Assembly: GCA_013239625.1 (NCBI GenBank)
Contig: MU053574.1
Location: forward strand, 495,844 to 559,843
Length of the DNA: 64,000 bases
Direction of reading: 5' to 3'
Source: Lama guanicoe
Taxonomy: Eukaryota
A program made the translations under genes and the position numbers. The number at the start of each line of letters is the position of its first letter. Positions within the stretch are counted from its first letter, which is position 1. Under the pieces are notes generated by a model, which made no database searches, was not told the DNA's origin, and worked only from the letters and a program-made list of their open reading frames with translations. Of this stretch, positions 62,701 to 64,000 are shown in pieces.

Positions 62701-64000
62701 CTTAAGTGGACAATCTCATCTTGTTGGGAGCCAAGTGGAAAAAGATCACGGAGGGTTTGTTTTTGTTTTTCAGGTGAGAACCCCACGCGTAGCCAAGTAC
62801 AGTGACACACGACACTGCCAGGAACAAGATTCCATCTGTCCCTAACGAGGCCTAAGAAAGGTCCAGAGAGACTCTGCAAGTAGGATAATGAAAGCCACGC
62901 GCTCCCACAGAAGAGGCAGCCGAACTTTGCCGTGGCCTGGAGTTCTCCTTCCCGCAAGCTAATTTGTCGGCTTCTCTTTTAAAGGCCAGCCCAATCAAAC
63001 ACAACCTCCGTGGGGCTGTAACCAGGGCGTAGTTTGCATGGAGTGTCATGGCATTTTGTGTCCTTGCTCTGGGTGGCCCTGGGATGCTCCAAGTGATAAA
63101 GCACTTCTGGTTTAAGGGGACTTTGAAAGAAGGGCCTTGGTATGTGGCTTGGGTGGGGAGGACTGCCTCAAGCCAGGGGTCGGTTGAGGTCAACAGATTG
63201 CCCTGGAGTACCCGGCGCGTCTGCCCTGCAGCCTGGACCCCCCGCTGGCTCACCCAGCCTCGTTTGCCCAGTGGTGAAGGAAGCACTGGTCTTGGCTACG
63301 CTATGGGCAAGTCCAGTTTCTCAAAAGCCAATATGCCAATCCAATTTGCTTTCCTGAAGGAGCCTTCATTTTCAGAAAAGTCTTCCCTATCCCATTCCGT
63401 TCAGAAAGGTGCTGCATCACATCACTGCCCAGCTGGTGAAAAAGGTGATGTGTAGGCGGCTTCTCCGGGATGTACCTACCAGGAGAGTACTTGGAGATGC
63501 TGCTTCCAGCACCTGCTCCCTTCTACTGCCAGCAGAAACCCCAGTGACAGCTGAATACTTCTGATGGAAAAAAGAGGCTTAATTCTACTTTATTCGTGGT
63601 GGTTAGGACAACCAAAGTTTCACCCTCATAGTTGAAAGGAAGCGAACGGACTCACATCAGTTGTTTAACATTTTAGAAAGCATTCAGGTTCCTGGGGTGA
63701 CAAGATGCTGTGTTTCCCGCCGGATCTGATTTTTAAATAGACAAGTTACAAACCTCCTGAAAATTGGAGTTTATAATTGAAATATTGATAAACTCTTTCC
63801 CATAAAGAAGCTACCAGATACTGTACTAATAACTAGGAAACAGGGAAAAAACAGTAAGAATGCTTTTCTCTGCTTAACCAAGAAATACAATGGCAGAGTT
63901 TATTGCTTACAAAACACAGCTGCCTCTCCTCAAATTGGATAGAGAGATGAACCCCGATAAATTATGATGCCCCTAAATTCCAAAGAATGTACATCAATTA

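Overview
Mammalian genomic DNA, most likely camelid (alpaca/camel), inferred from nine tRNA-Ala(AGC)-derived vic-1-type SINEs and no recognisable Alu or ruminant Bov-tA/BovB. The whole window lies inside one minus-strand gene, CFAP77 (C9orf171, a ciliary microtubule inner protein). Four internal coding exons are present (31368-31269, 30746-30518, 4391-4286, 553-452), with GT-AG boundaries and consistent phases; the first and last exons lie outside the window. The large intron (30517-4392) holds a full-length processed pseudogene of ATP5PB (ATP synthase F0 subunit b) with a target-site duplication and a poly(A) tail converted to an (AAAG)n microsatellite. The rest is interspersed repeats (L1, SINE, MaLR/ERV LTRs, hAT MITEs) plus about ten repeat-free, homeodomain/POU/PBX-HOX-motif-rich islands. 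These are best explained as long-range enhancers of BARHL1, the neighbouring developmental gene in human synteny; that assignment is an inference. I found no convincing novel protein-coding system, and nearly all ORF-track entries are spurious. All family and gene assignments come from recalled sequences, not database searches.
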